A stretch of DNA of 61,839 bases, filler included, from Sphacelaria rigidula (lineage: Eukaryota), in NCBI GenBank assembly GCA_964200075.2. It is 5 parts of 5 records of this genome, joined end to end, with 100 filler letters (N's around TTAATTAATTAA, not from the genome) between each part and the next. Parts side by side here need not be neighbours in the genome. Positions count along the whole stretch, not along the records: positions 1 to 12,292 come from CAXNAA020003915.1; positions 12,393 to 24,680 come from CAXNAA020003916.1; 3 more parts are not named here. One strand, given 5' to 3'. Below are positions 1 through 12,870 of this stretch, piece after piece. The notes under the pieces were generated by a model, which worked only from the letters and a program-made list of their open reading frames with translations, had not been told where the DNA came from and searched no databases. Each line of letters opens with the position of its first letter. Position 1 is the first letter of the stretch. The position numbers and the translations under genes were made by a program.

Positions 1-187
1 CATACATCGCCTGATGTTTGAGTCCAGGCTACATGAAGCGCCTCATATGGGCGACATTGGCGAGAACGAACCCAAGCGTGAGAATTCCCAGCTGCTCGTT
101 GTGCTCGGTTTTTTCATATCGATTTTCGTAAAGATTTTGCCTCCCCAAATCAGCCATTTGGGGGGGGGGGCTAACGTAGGAAGCGTC
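1..187. mobile_element. MITE, truncated by the window start; same family as 416-663, body in opposite orientation
   Basis: About 10-150 is the reverse complement of about 455-600. It ends in a degenerate TIR, G-run + CTAACGTAGGAAGCGTC. Confidence 0.75.
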
Positions 188-229
188 AGTCGGAGAGGCG
201 TACTGTATCGTATGAGCGATGCAACTTCA

Positions 230-872
230 TGCCCATTCTTCGAAGAGAATGTTCCTCTTGCAATAAAGAGGGGAATCGCGACCCACCCCGACCACAAAGG
301 ACCGTGTGACAAGGTGATGGGGGCAATAATATCATCCAAAGCCACAAGTGGCGGGCGGCGGTCGCCACGTCCTGTTGAAAGCTCTCTACGGCGACTTATA
401 CTGCTTAATACATCTGACACTTTCTACGATAGCCCCCCCACAAAAAAGTGTATGGTTTTGGGAGGCAAAATCTTCACGTAAATCGAAATGAGAAAAGACG
501 GCAACAACGAGCAGCTGGGAATTCCCATGCTTGGGTTCGTTCTTGCCAATGTTGCCAATACTAGGCGCTTCATGCAGCCTGAACCCAAACATCAGGCGCT
601 GAATGGCCATTTTTTGTGACACTTTTGGGCTGGTTTGGGGGGGAGGCTATCGTAGAAAGTGTCATCTGTACATTTCCTGATGCGCACAACACCCGAATTG
701 CATTTTGTACCTGCACCTGAAAATCGCCGGGACGGAACTTTCGGTCTTCCTAATAGCTTATGGTTATATACGTCGATTTCAGCAACACGAATCTCCTGTT
801 TCGTGCATACGCCAGACACGCTATTCCTGACCAGCCTCATTGATCGTTCTGGGGGCCCAGTCCCGAGAGGGG
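230..872 (-). mobile_element. Partial copy of the piggyBac-like non-autonomous element at 41451-42493, interrupted by a MITE
   Basis: 230-415 and 664-872 align as the reverse complement of about 41451-41820. A degenerate terminal sequence GGGGGCCCAGTCCCGAGAGGG lies at about 851-871. Confidence 0.65.
416..663. mobile_element. 248-bp MITE with 4-bp TSD (ATCT)
   Basis: TIRs GACACTTTCTACGATAGCC / GGCTATCGTAGAAAGTGTC. ATCT flanks both sides (412-415, 664-667). Confidence 0.85.
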
Positions 873-1677
873 TAACGAGAAAAGGCTTGTAGGGGTAATT
901 GCTTTCGCCGGCTAGCGGTGAGGACGTACACCAGTGTTCCACATGTCTCCTATGTATGTTGGGTCCCCAAGCTAACTACGAAGTATTTCCACAAAAGAGT
1001 TTCCCGTGAGTCTCTGAACTCTGCTTCGCAGTTATCCACCGGTGGTGTGATTGCCCACCATTTTTACGACTTCTTCGTCCCGATGTAACTTCAAGCTGCT
1101 TTTTGGTGGGAACGGAGAACTTTGTTCATGAAGCGTACGAAGTATCTCATGGTATCACCAATGTGAAGAGGTGGACACTTGTGGGAGTTTTCCCCTTTTA
1201 TGTGGTGGTTCTCACACCAATTCATAATACGCTCTCTGCGTGCAAACCGCATGTTCCTGGGGGTCCGGTCCCCGAAGAGTTGGGAAGTATTTGCGAGTGA
1301 AGAAGATATGAGCACGCTCCGCGCGTCGTTACGGAGCTTACTTATCCTCGATCACAAACTTCATCATCAATTTTGATGATCGGCTGTTTGCGCGTAGAAG
1401 TGCTTGAACTACTGCACTGCTGCCGCGTTCCGATCCGTACATGATGGGGGTGGGACCAAATAGCTGTCTACGTGAAGTTGGGAAAATCACCAGCTCAAGG
1501 GACCACTGAACTCTCATCGCGGTAGAGAGAACGGGAAGCATCGCGGAAGGGAAGTAGAGTGCTCGAAAACAAAAAATATCAAACGCGCGTGTAGACCTCC
1601 CTCCTACGTGACTCCGGCTGACGCGCCCACATATTGTACCGAAATATATGGACAGCCGTGCAGGAAACAAGTCGACA

Positions 1678-2083
1678 TGTCGTGAAGCTAGGCGGTGTCT
1701 ATGATCGAATTTGGGGTTCTATAGTGGCGGGTCTGATCAAGCTTGACCAGGCCGGATGTGAGACTATTACAAGTACAGAGATGGGCCCTCCAGCCCTAAC
1801 GCTATGTACTCGCTAAGGTGGAGCACTGCTGAGCATTTGCTATAACCGGAGAGCAGCTAAGAGAGCGCTGAAAGGAGCGATAGCGAATACGAGGGAACAA
1901 GAGTCTTTTGTATCAAGTGGATATAGCTTACTGCGTGAAGCTATTGTGGTGTTAGCTGATTTGAACACGTCTATAACCCGACCCCTTGTGAGGACAGAAC
2001 TGCCCGTGTTGGCCTTGGAAGTATCTGACCTCTGACCCGACCGGCTTGCACCAAGAGGGTGCATCCCGCCTAACACTATAACA
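1678..2083 (+). repeat. 5' LTR (406 bp)
   Basis: TGTCGTGAAGCTAGG...CCTAACACTATAACA; direct repeat of 10850-11245. Confidence 0.92.
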
Positions 2084-2255
2084 ATTGGCGTTCGACTTGG
2101 AGTATCTGCTTGCTAGCTTGTTTTCCCTTTCCAGAGTAGAGCAGTTTTTTGCTTATCTACTGTCTGTACTGCCCTCTAGCTGCTGTTTTCCCCCTCTTGC
2201 TGTAGCTTTGTCTTGCATTTTGTTTTTTGAGTCATTTGCTTTTCATTCGCTTGAT

Positions 2256-2503
2256 GAGTCATCCTACGATAGGGGGGGGGTATTTCGTTGCACGAAAAAG
2301 GAGGCTTATAAGTGTGTCAGACGACCTGCCACACTCGCGGTGCGCTTGTATTTGGTTCGAAACGATGTCGATCGGCATAAACGAGCGTCACGTATCTATA
2401 ACAAGCTTATTCGAGCAACCGTTGCTGCTTTTAACGACGATTTGACCTGGAATCTCGTGCAACAAGTGGCCCAAAATACCCCCCCCCTATCGTAGGATGA
2501 CTC
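2256..2503. mobile_element. 248-bp MITE with 4-bp TSD (TGAT), inserted in the retrotransposon leader; Sola-like termini
   Basis: About 30-bp TIRs GAGTCATCCTACGATAG(G)nTATTT / AAATA(C)nCTATCGTAGGATGACTC. TGAT at 2252-2255 and 2504-2507. GAG termini with a 4-bp TSD resemble Sola elements (inference). Confidence 0.85.
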
Positions 2504-3374
2504 TGATTGCTTTATACAGTAGCCCACGGTACCGTACATGTGCACACACAGTTGCCCCAACGGAGCGTTCTCTGCTGCTCGTTCTGTGAAGCGAATTTCA
2601 GCAGTACACTTTCGCTTGAATCGCATTTTGCACGCGCTCCTCGACGCGCTACTTCTACTGCGTTCGCACTGTCTCCTCTGCGACCTTTTCTTTGGCCGCG
2701 CAATTTTACTGTATTGGCCACCCGACTGTGAACCTGTACTCTGTTGCTTTTTCTCGGTACCAGAAACCTCTCTGCCACATTCTGTTTAACAGATATACAT
2801 TTTTTTCGGCAGATATCCCCGAATTTGCTCCACTTTCCCCATCCCATCTGCCCACACGTATTTCCTCTCCTTTTTTTTGGGCGGTGCACAGCTGCACTTA
2901 CTAGCTGCCGAATTGCTGTTGTTACTTGCCGCTATTTCCGTAGCGTGCGGCGTTGAGACTCGGCGATCGTGGTCAATCACGTACAATTTTGACCCTGGCA
3001 GTTCAACTTTGTCCACTACCTCCACCGTCTTTTGGCGGGTGTTCCGCTGGATCGTTTGTAGTTGTCCCGCACCCATCTAGGCTGCACTACTACAGGCTGC
3101 TTTTCCGATTTTTATACCACTTTCCGGTCTCAAGTTGCGTTTCAATCAGACATTCAGTGATTGCCTTTTGTTGATCGTCTGCCCCTGTGTTGTGGCTATT
3201 TCATACCCTCTCGCACACTCGTGATCCAAAAAACAAAAACAAGAGTAAAAAAAATGAAAAAATGAAAAAACGAAATCAAATTAAATACATAAAATAAAAT
3301 CACGTATTGGCATTCGCTTCTTGCTCTGGGTTCTCTGAACGTATCGCTGTGTAGACGCTGTATACGCTTCACCT

Positions 3375-5330
3375 ATGTCGCAACGTATCACCACCGCTTC
3401 TACTCCCAACACGGGAGCTAAGCCGCCCCGTCGTACGCGGAGTCAAACTAAGGGATCTTCTAGTTTTTCCGGACCCGATGCTGACTCTTCTTCAGCCTTA
3501 CGGAAACCAGCCTCGAGCGCTGCTCGATCCATCGGTTTTGAGGACCAACCCGTGCAGTTCTCATCGCCCCCTCCGGGCTCCGATTCTGATTACAGCTCGG
3601 ATTCTCGTACCCTTCCGACCCTCCCTCATTATCCCACCCGTGACCACTCCTCACAGACACGCTCTGTGCCTAAACCCTTCACGACGCCGGTGGCACCCGT
3701 CGTAGCACACACCCCATCGGACGCAGCCGTCGACACTGGGCCCGCCTTGACACACCCCGTGTCCCACCCCTCAACCACGCTGGTGTCACGCGTGGCCTCA
3801 ACCCACCCCCCCAACCACGCTGGTGGCACCCGTGGCCCCTCCCCAACCCCCAACCACGCTGGTGGCACCCGTGGTCTCTACCCCACCCTCTGACTCTACT
3901 GCCAGCGCGGATATCGTCGTACAAGCTTCAGTCCAAGACCGTTCCGTCGTGCAGGTGGCACCCACGTCCGGACCCCCGACTGCTGGCACTACTGCCCGCA
4001 CTGCCCTACCGACACACACTTTGTCATCATCCGCGGCTACTTTTCGTGCCCCGGCTGATCATGATTTGTTGACAAATGTTTTGACTTCTGCTTCGCCCAA
4101 CTCAGGACACCCGTCTCCGGCCCCAGTGACTGCTTCTGGCATCAATCGGGAACCAGCCCCTGTGCCAGACGTTAATATCGCCACAGCACTGCAAGTTCTA
4201 TGCAATACCTTGCTCCGCTCTCCTTCGGCTTTCGCCGACATGCAAGCAGCCCACAGTGCCCAGCCCCACCAAACCGCGCCGATCCCCACCGAACCTCGGC
4301 TTTCATCCACACTGCCACGCCCGCCTTCCCCCCGACACAACATAACCACCCCCGCTCGACGGATGACCGCGCGTGACGACAAATCGAGACATACGTCTCG
4401 TTCCTCCCGTATTCCTACTGCCTCAAGGGTTTCTTCACGGACCGCTCTCCACGTAATACTTTTACAGTGCACGCCGACGCCATGAGGGACACTGTTTCAG
4501 ATCTTCCTTCTGCAGAGGAACCGTCGATTGCGCACTCCAGCGACCAACCGCCCTATGACTCACGCCATCGCAGTCGCCATGCGCGACCCACACGCGATAG
4601 CTCTTCCCGCTCTGATGCGGCAGTCATCCCTTCTTTGCGGCGACAACTTGCCGATTTACAGCGCACAGTACAAACACTTGTGAACAACCCCGCATCTCCG
4701 CCTCTCACTGCGCCCCCCAAACCCACAGCTTTTGCTGCCCCGGCCCCAGCTCCCGCTGCCGCCACCGTCGCCGACACTGATGCCGATAGTGGCAACCATA
4801 CTGGCTCCGGAGCCCCTCATGCACTCTCGCCCGCCTCAACCCCCCTTGAATCTACTGCCGCGCCGCCCAACCCTGCGCCTTCGTCGCAGCAGGACCGCCC
4901 ACAGTTGGGTCCGGAGCACTGTCCATTCGGGCTGCTCCCGCATATTTTCATGGACCATCGCCGCACTGCCCAGGAACATCTCATCCGTGAGTATGCTGAC
5001 TACGCGCCAGCCATGATGAATGATTTCGTCAATCGGCAACGCAACACGGATGCAGCGGCGTCTACGTCTTCCACCGAGGAGTATGATGCTCCTCTCCGTG
5101 AACTAGAGAGGGAGTGCTCACGCGCCTCTCACGCCGTGTTGTCCCCGACAGCACCATGGCTCACGCCTTACTCATGGGCCGAGATAGTTACATGCGGTTT
5201 GATCAACCCACCTACCGCACGCTACCAGCATTATCGCCACAGTCTGCGCCTCGTGGAGAACTCAACCTTGAACATTTCGGTACCCTTCACGGCGCCTTGG
5301 CCTGTCAAAAAAAGAAAAAACTACCGGAGG
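3375..5330 (+). pseudogene. gag: Pro/Ser/Thr-rich gag-like region of the retrotransposon, frameshifted
   Basis: Overlapping ORFs 3375-3893, 3823-4485 and 4467-5381 lie between the leader and pol. Assigned mainly by position. Confidence 0.6.
3770..3888 (+). repeat. Three tandem copies of a roughly 40-bp unit in the gag-like region
   Basis: CAACCACGCTGGTG...CGTGG recurs three times. Confidence 0.8.
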
Positions 5331-8300
5331 TGCTTACCATTTTCGATACGATGGTGCTACTGGTGTTACCCTCTCCGATGATCCTCAACTATTAGAAGTT
5401 GCCTTAGTTCGCCGAAATGGCATGCCTGCCCTTACGGGACATTACCTCGCCGAAATGCTTCCTCGGGTTGGTGCGCCTGCCGACACAGAACACTTCGTCT
5501 CCGCGGGGAAACAAATTTTGCCTGTCACCGGTCACGCTAACTTGGAACCCGGAGATGTTTGGGCACTGCTCCTGCTCCCCTCATGCATATTCCACTCGAG
5601 ACATGTGCCACTGACCCCTCTACGCCCAACACGGCGCCTCCGACAGATAGTTCTGTCAATTTCGTCGATGAGCCTTCCTTCGACGTAACCTCTTCGTCTC
5701 CATCACATATTCACACCGTGAACCCTGCAACGTCAACGGCCGAACCCCCTGCTGAAGTGCTGCAACACCCATCACCAGAATCTCGGACAAGTTTCTTGCA
5801 CATGTGGGATCAACTTCCACCCCATTTACGTGATATCAATTCTGACCTGCTTGGGCCCGGTTGGGAACCCGTTGTAATCAAAGAATTGAGCGATGTTTTT
5901 TTGGAGTACCAAGACAGATTTTCTCGATCCAAGACGGATCTGGGGCATTGCAAAACGCTGCTCTTTGACATCACCCTTCAACCTGGCGTTTCGCCAATCT
6001 CTTCTCGACCGTATCGGACGAACCCCATCCTTACCAAAAAAGTTAACGCCATTTTAGATGCGTACTTAGGTGCCGGATTAATCCAACACCCCTCTTCTCC
6101 GTGGGCTTCACCGCTAGTGGTAGTCCCCAAAAGGGATGGAAACATACGCATCACCGTGGATTATCAACGGTTAAATCGCGTTAATGTAGTGGGAAAACTT
6201 CCCATTCCCCGCATAGATGAAGTCTTCGACTCTCTAGGCGGAGGCAAAATATTCAGTACCTTCGACCTCGCTTCTGGAGTTTTTCAGAATGCCATCCACC
6301 CTGAAACAGTCCCGCTGACAGCGTTCTGTACATCTTGTGGACTCTACGAACGGCTCCGTGTGCCACAAGGTGCCGCCACTGCACCAGGTTGTTTCCAACG
6401 CCTAATGCAACGCGTTACCGAGAATCTCGAACATGTCATCATGTACTTGGACGACGCTATCGCATTCGATGCCTCCCCCCTTGCGCATGTGCACACCTTA
6501 CGAGAGTTTCTTTCTCGACTGCGGAAACATGATTTGAAACTGTCTCCACCCAAAGCTCGCCTTGGCGCGACTGAACTGGATTTTCTGGGACACTCAATTT
6601 CACCGGCGGGTCTACACCCCGAAACCAACTAAGTCAGGGCAATGACTGAATTGCCAATGCCCACAAACATTTCTCAGCTCCGCTCATTACTAGGTGGACT
6701 GTCCTACTATCGCAAATGTTTGCCTAACCTGTCCAAAAGGATTCGCCCCTATACGGACTTGCAAAAAAAAGGCGCGGCGTTTATCTTCACCAAAGATATG
6801 AAAGCTATCGTGCGCGACTTGCTGAAAACGCTCACCGAAAAACCGGTCCTTTGTTTCCCGGACTAGGATGTCGTACAAGGCGGCTCTCGCCTCTTTCAAC
6901 TACATACAGACGCGAGCACCGACGGGCTCGGTGCAGTCCTGAATTAACCTCGACTCGATGGCTCTATTCGACCCATCCTCTATATCAGTCGCGCCACCCT
7001 TCGAAACGATGCCAACTGGAGTCCACTGGAGCTGGAAGGCGGAGTCATCACTTGGACCATAAAGCGCCTTCGACAATACATTTGTTCCATGTGCCTTTCC
7101 AAATCTACACGGATCACGGAGCACTTGAACAACTCGCCAAAGTTGGCGAACATAACCCGCGTGTGCAACGCTGGTTGGAGTTCCTGACAGCTTATCAGTA
7201 TACTGTCAAACACCGCCCTGGCAAAACCAACGGAAATGCTGACCTTCTCTCCCGCTTGCCCCTCCCTCCAACGGCTGTGGATTTCAGCCCCGCTTGCCGA
7301 CTAACTGAACCCGATGAACTCGGCGTGTATCCAATCCGGTGTTTCTTAACGCCCATTTACGCCCTTGACCTTCATTGCCCAGAGACGGGTATGCACATGG
7401 GCGGCCCCCGCCCCCTACCGTATGATGTAGTCTTGAATGGGCTCTAACCCACCAACGCCGACTTCGCTGATTTCCGTACTATCGGTCCTCGCGCAAATAT
7501 TGCAGTTTCGCCACCTCTAGTTGTCCATCTCATTTCCGACAACACGCGCTTTCGGTCTGCCGCCCACGCTAACCCTCCCCGCGCCCCACCGCCAACGACA
7601 ACACCTACTGCTCCAGTACGCAGCGTTGCGCCGGCTCCCCGCAACACCGCACCACGAGCCTTGACAACCCCCGCCACGCCCAGTTCTCACAACAAGCGCC
7701 GAGCTCAATCTCCGGCGCGCACTACTGCGATATCGCCGCCTGCTGCGGTCCCATCAGTGCCCACCTCTTCTGATGCTTCCGATGTTCACATCGACGTTGG
7801 CACCTCCTCACCGTCGCCTGTTCCACCGCTTCCTGAGCCACAATGTCTGGTCGGCTCTCCGGCGGAAGGCCAACTGCGAGAATTTCTCGCCAGTTACTCC
7901 CATCGTGATTGGGCTCGTGAACAACAAGCAGAACCATTATGCCGCGCAACCATGCGGTACCTCCGTGCTGGCTCCCTTGCTCCTATCCCGGCCAATTTAT
8001 TGGCCCCGATCGGCACACTGCCACCACCAAACGCCGCTGAGGTGTACGAACTCGCACGCAAAGGTACTATCTTCACAACTGGTGACGAAATCGAATTGCT
8101 TGTCCGCTGTCCTACACCCCAGCAGGTTGTAACTTCACCCGCGCCCACTGGACGCCATGCACGCCTACTCGACGATGAACGCATTCGAATATACGTCCCA
8201 TTTTTGATGCGACCGTGGGTAATGAAAGGCTGCCATACTGACCTGTCTTGCCACCTTGGAGTCACGCGCACGTTAGCGTTACTCGAAGGTTTCTACTGGT

Positions 8301-10099
8301 GGATAGGTATGGAGGTGCCCACCCGCTTCTGGTTTCGACGTTGCTTCAAGTGTCAAGCTCGCAAAACCTCACGACAGACTATATGTTGGCGAGTTATTTC
8401 GATGGCACTTTCCAACGCTCCTGGTCACCCCGTGTCTTTCGACTTTTTTGGTCCTTTACCGCCCACTGACCGTGGCAACACCTACATCTTACTCTTTACC
8501 GACCGCTTCAGCCGTCACGCAGCCATGTACGCAGTCACCGCTGTAGACTTCACAGCGGCGGCCACAGCTAATATCTGAGTTCATGACTATATCAAGCACT
8601 ATGGTTGCCCGAAACGGCTTCTCTCCGACAATGGTCAGCAATTTTGCTCCGATCTCTCGGACGAACTGTATACGCTCCTGGGCATTCGAAAGGTTGCCAC
8701 AAGCGCTTACCACCCTAATGGTAACGGTGGTACTGAACGAGTTAACCACACCATGGCCCAGATGCTGTCTACGGTAGTCAACGATCGACAAAACGATTGG
8801 GATCTCCATCTCTCACATGTCATGTTGTCTTATAACAACTCCGTCAACGCTGCTACCGGTCTTTCTCCGAACGAGTTACATTTCGGCCGCTACCCGCGTT
8901 TGCCCATCACCGTGTTTGAAAGACACACCTTCGATGGCCACCAAGGCTTGGATCAGGGTCAGATATCCTACCATGACCTGGCGCGTGCACGCCAGCGCAA
9001 AGCTTTCACTCTCGTGCGTGAACAACACGCTATCAACGCCTCGCGCCTTGAGAGATCTAACAATGCTGTCTACAATCTGATGCACAGACGACCTACTTGG
9101 AAAGTTGGCGATTGTATCTGGGTTTGCAACAGTTTGTCAACCATTCGTCAAGGCGCTGACAGAGCTGCCAACGAGACAGTCTTGAAGACTAAGCTATCCC
9201 TTAACTAGACAGGACCGTTCAAGATTCTGACCGAAGGGCCCTGGCCATCTTCACCTGATGGTAAACCTGTCGGTGACAAACTTCTTTATCTCGATCTTCC
9301 TCGCGACCTTCGAGTACATGACGCCAAATCTCGCGTCTCTGTGCACCGTTGTAAACCTTACGTCAACCCGCATGACACTAGAAACATGCCCAAATATCTG
9401 CCTGCCGGTCTTACGCAGTACGTAGTCAACAGCTATTTGACTAAATCCCCGCCTTATCACGTTACTACCGACGATGTGACGGAACAACCCCTTCGTCTCG
9501 CCATGTCCCACATTTCTGGTCACCAGATCACTCGCGGTGGAGGTGGTAAGATTGCTGTCATGTACGAAACTCACTGGCAAAGCCTTCGGAGAGCGTCTTG
9601 GGAACGCGAATCCGGCCTTCAGTTGCACCGCCGAGCTATTCTCCTGTAGTGGACACAACCTCAGCAGCAACATCTTGCTAACAACAAGAAATATCGCAAC
9701 ATGCGCCGCGGCGCAGCAGCACACGAACTTCACCGTGACAAAGGTTTGCGCTTTGTCGCCGATGGCTATGAATTGGTAGCCACCCAAAATTGGAAAAAAA
9801 AGGTCCGCACAAAACAGGAAATCCTCCCCAAAGGCGTCTACTTGTGGTACAAAGGCAGCGACAACCTCTGCTGGCTAGGCCAGACCCACTCCACAGACCT
9901 CATCGCGCCTGACACCTACATCGTGCGCTTCATCGATGACCCCGGACCCGTGCAGTTCAAGCTCCGCCCAGAGCTCTATACCACCAGTCCATCCGCACCA
10001 CGAAGGTCTTGTTGTCTTCAGCGACTCAAATCCAAAGGCCTCCGCCGCGGCATCCAACATAATATCGATCACACACATGATGTTAACGCACCGCTTTAA
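5330..10099 (+). pseudogene. pol: pol pseudogene: aspartic protease, RT, RNase H, integrase with C-terminal reader-like domains
   Basis: Frameshifted FDT/GATG (~5342). RT motifs SSPWASPLVVVPK, VDYQRLN, FDLASG, PQG, YLDD. RNase H motifs LHTDAS, IYTDH, ADLLSR. Integrase H..H..CxxC, FDFFGPLP, TDRFSR, AYHPNGNGGTERVN, GPFKI. In-frame stops at e.g. 6632, 6866, 8578, 9208, 9649. Confidence 0.95.
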
Positions 10100-10849
10100 G
10101 CTCCAGCAGACCTTCTGTTTTCCGATCCCTACATTTGTTTTCCTTGCTCTTTTATCTTTTTCCCGTGTCATTTAGATATTTTCCCCCGTTTCCAACATCC
10201 AGGACACACCGGTGCTACCCATCGACTTCTTCAACGGCCTACAACCGGAGCTCCTTGGGCGCACAACAATGGACGACGAATGGAACTTGCGTGGAACACG
10301 TTCACCATCGTTTACTGGAGCTTCTCGTATTCTCGCTTTTGGCTTTTCATATGACTGGCACTGAACCCCCTGCAGTCTTGGAGTTGTTTATCCCCTTGCT
10401 TCCTCAGCCACCATGCGCTCGCCGCATGTGATCAACTTTTCGGCGGTTAACTTTGGTACCACCCACGTAGACGTTGTGCCCCTGTTGTGTTTTCTCTTTT
10501 GCCTCTCTATTTTTGGCTAGCACGTCGAAGCATTTTGTGTTCGTCTGTTTAGTTCGCTAGTCCGCAGCAGCATTGTGTGCTCCTGCGTCTTCAAGCGCAC
10601 TTGCGCTTTTCGGTATCAGATTTCGCTTACCTTGTTTGAGGTGTGGGAGGATCGGGCAACGGAGTGGATGTTGCCCTCGTCGTATGAGGTGTACCTTCTT
10701 CGTTTTTAGCCACTTCGGCCGAGTGCTTTTATAGCATTGAGTTCGCCTTCCTTGTCGCTCATGACTTGACGTGGAGGAAAACCTCCATTTTCGTTACTTC
10801 TTGAGATTTCTCATCGCTACTGCAATAGAGGTTCCTCTGGGTGGGCGAG

Positions 10850-11245
10850 TGTCATGAAGCTAGGCGGCGTCTATGATCAAACCTGGGATTCTATAAGTTG
10901 CAGGTCTAATTGAGCTTGGCTAGGCCGGATGTGAGAGTGATAAAAAGGCACAGGCATGGATCCTTCAGCCCTCTTGCGGTACTCGCCCGGGTAGAGCTGA
11001 TTGTTAAGCCATTGCTATAGCCGGAGAGCAGCTGAGAGAGCATTGAAAGGAGCGATAACGAATACGAGTGAACACGAGTATTTTGTATCAAATGGGTATA
11101 GCTTACTGCGAGAAGCTAGTGTGGTTTTAGGTGATTTGAACAAGTCTATAACCCGATCCCTTGTGAGGACAGAGCCTTGGAAGTATCTGACGTCTGACCC
11201 GACCGGCTTGCACCAAGAGGGTGCATCCCGCCTAACACTATAACA
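10850..11245 (+). repeat. 3' LTR (396 bp)
   Basis: TGTCATGAAGCTAGG...CCTAACACTATAACA, preceded by PPT-like GGGTGGGCGAG. Confidence 0.92.
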
Positions 11246-11650
11246 TGACCTTATCATACCCTTGTGCTGTCTCAGTAGGAGCATACCCTACAATGAAGGT
11301 TGTGGCAACTCTATGCCGGAACGCTAGTCGTACATTCAGGACCCTGGCACTCACGTGTTCCGAGTGATGACATCTGGACCCAGGGTGTTGGCGGTAGAAT
11401 CCTTGATGGCAAGGCCGACTCCGAGCATTCCCGGCTTCCCCCCGTCTCCATGGCAGTGGCCGCTGCAGTGAACTATATTGCCTGCTGCCGGTGCGTGGAA
11501 GGTTGTTCGTCCATCGCGACGGGTTTCTTGGAAGGCGACGAAATCGCAGCTGTACTTGGACGCAAAAAGCACGAGGTCCTCTGCGTGGCCTGTGCCGTTG
11601 GAATCTCTCTCGGCCATGGTGCGTACATTCCACGTGGCCACCACCAGCTC
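11246..11650 (-). mobile_element. LINE (RTE-like) AP-endonuclease N-terminal fragment, cut off at the LTR
   Basis: Motifs VATWNVRT, FQETR, GVGLAI and IVGYAPTE lie in two frames (ORFs 11351-11644 and 11238-11633). Confidence 0.85.
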
Positions 11651-12119
11651 ATTGGATCGAGCCTCCGCCCTTGCGGCAGTACGATTCGCGTGAGCCTGAG
11701 CTTTGCCGGCTCGCCGAGCTGATCTTTCCCTCCTCCTCGTCCTTCGTTTTTCTCTACCCCTTTCTTTCTGGTGTCTGATCCAGCGTTTGTGTGCTACAAT
11801 TCTCCGTTTCTACGCACTCTTCTGCCCACGCTGGTTCATGCGTAATGTGTTCCTGGGTGAGGTTCAGCGGACCTCGCGCACGTCGACCTCCATCAAGTCG
11901 ACCTCTATGCTAACAAGCACGCCGCTGTCTGCTCTCAGAGCTAGGGCAACAATGCGTCCGGCGGTGGCGATGAGCAGTCGCATTAGTGGCCCCTTCCGGC
12001 AGGGGTAGATCGTGTGCCGATATCATCGCCATGTAGCAGCACGTTTACGGGTGGTGAACACCGTACGGTGCAGTCAGAGGCGCTGGCGCAATGGGCATTC
12101 AAACCCACCCCACTGTGGT

Positions 12120-12292
12120 GCGACTGGTATGCACCCATGAGGCAGTGTAAAAGCTGTGACTGTCTCTGAAAGTGGCGATACCGAAGAATAAAGTAACTCA
12201 TTGTTGGATGTCATCCAAATGCAAGATGAATTAGTAGGCTTCGTGCCGAACAATCTTGGCAGGATGCACCTCACCCTTCATGCGACTCTCCG
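12120..12292 (+). repeat. Partial copy of dispersed repeat family A at the contig end
   Basis: Aligns with about 15605-15765 (CACCCATGAGGCAGTG...CAGGATGCA.CTCACCCTT.ATGCGACT). Confidence 0.8.
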
Positions 12293-12392
12293 NNNNNNNN
12301 NNNNNNNNNNNNNNNNNNNNNNNNNNNNNNNNNNNNTTAATTAATTAANNNNNNNNNNNNNNNNNNNNNNNNNNNNNNNNNNNNNNNNNNNN
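12293..12392. other. Artificial 100-nt contig spacer
   Basis: N44-TTAATTAATTAA-N44 (stops in all six frames). Confidence 0.99.
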
Positions 12393-12659
12393 TTGACCTT
12401 CCTCCTGTGTGACCCCGGCTGGTGCGCCCACATATACCGAAAGGTGTAGATTGGCGTCCAGAATAGATGGGACGGCAACACACAACACACACAATTTGTA
12501 CTTGTATACCATTATATGTTTTCGTGTTAAACCTGCGGCAGTAGTTATTTATTATTATGCAGATGTACCGCGAGATTTCTCACGCTACATGCACCGGCAA
12601 GCGTGTCACGTGATTTCGTTTGCCTAATTACACAAGTGACTGGTGTTGACCCCTGCGTT

Positions 12660-12870
12660 CCACATGTTTTCGGTCGGGTAAGTTGTGCTGCATAGATTTT
12701 TTTCCGATAACTCAGCTGGGAGTTATGCGAAATGACTGAACGTCCATATTCTGGTGAGGTGAGTTGTAGAAGATACCTCAGCGGTGCACATTCTGGTCGG
12801 GTGAGTTATAGAACATAACTGAGTGGTGCATATTTTCGGCCGATGAGGTATACAGCATAGCTGAGTTAAC
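12660..12870. repeat. Degenerate tandem repeat, roughly 43-bp period
   Basis: Recurring CAYATTYTGGT..GGTGAGTTRTAGAA.ATA.CT.AG. Confidence 0.55.

Larger units (their letters stand above)
1678..11245 (+). mobile_element. Ty3/Gypsy LTR retrotransposon, full-length structure but decayed
   Basis: Two related TG...CA LTRs, a PBS-like TGGCG right after the 5' LTR and a purine-rich tract before the 3' LTR. Internal order is gag-like, protease, RT, RNase H, integrase, with many stops and frameshifts. Confidence 0.95.
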
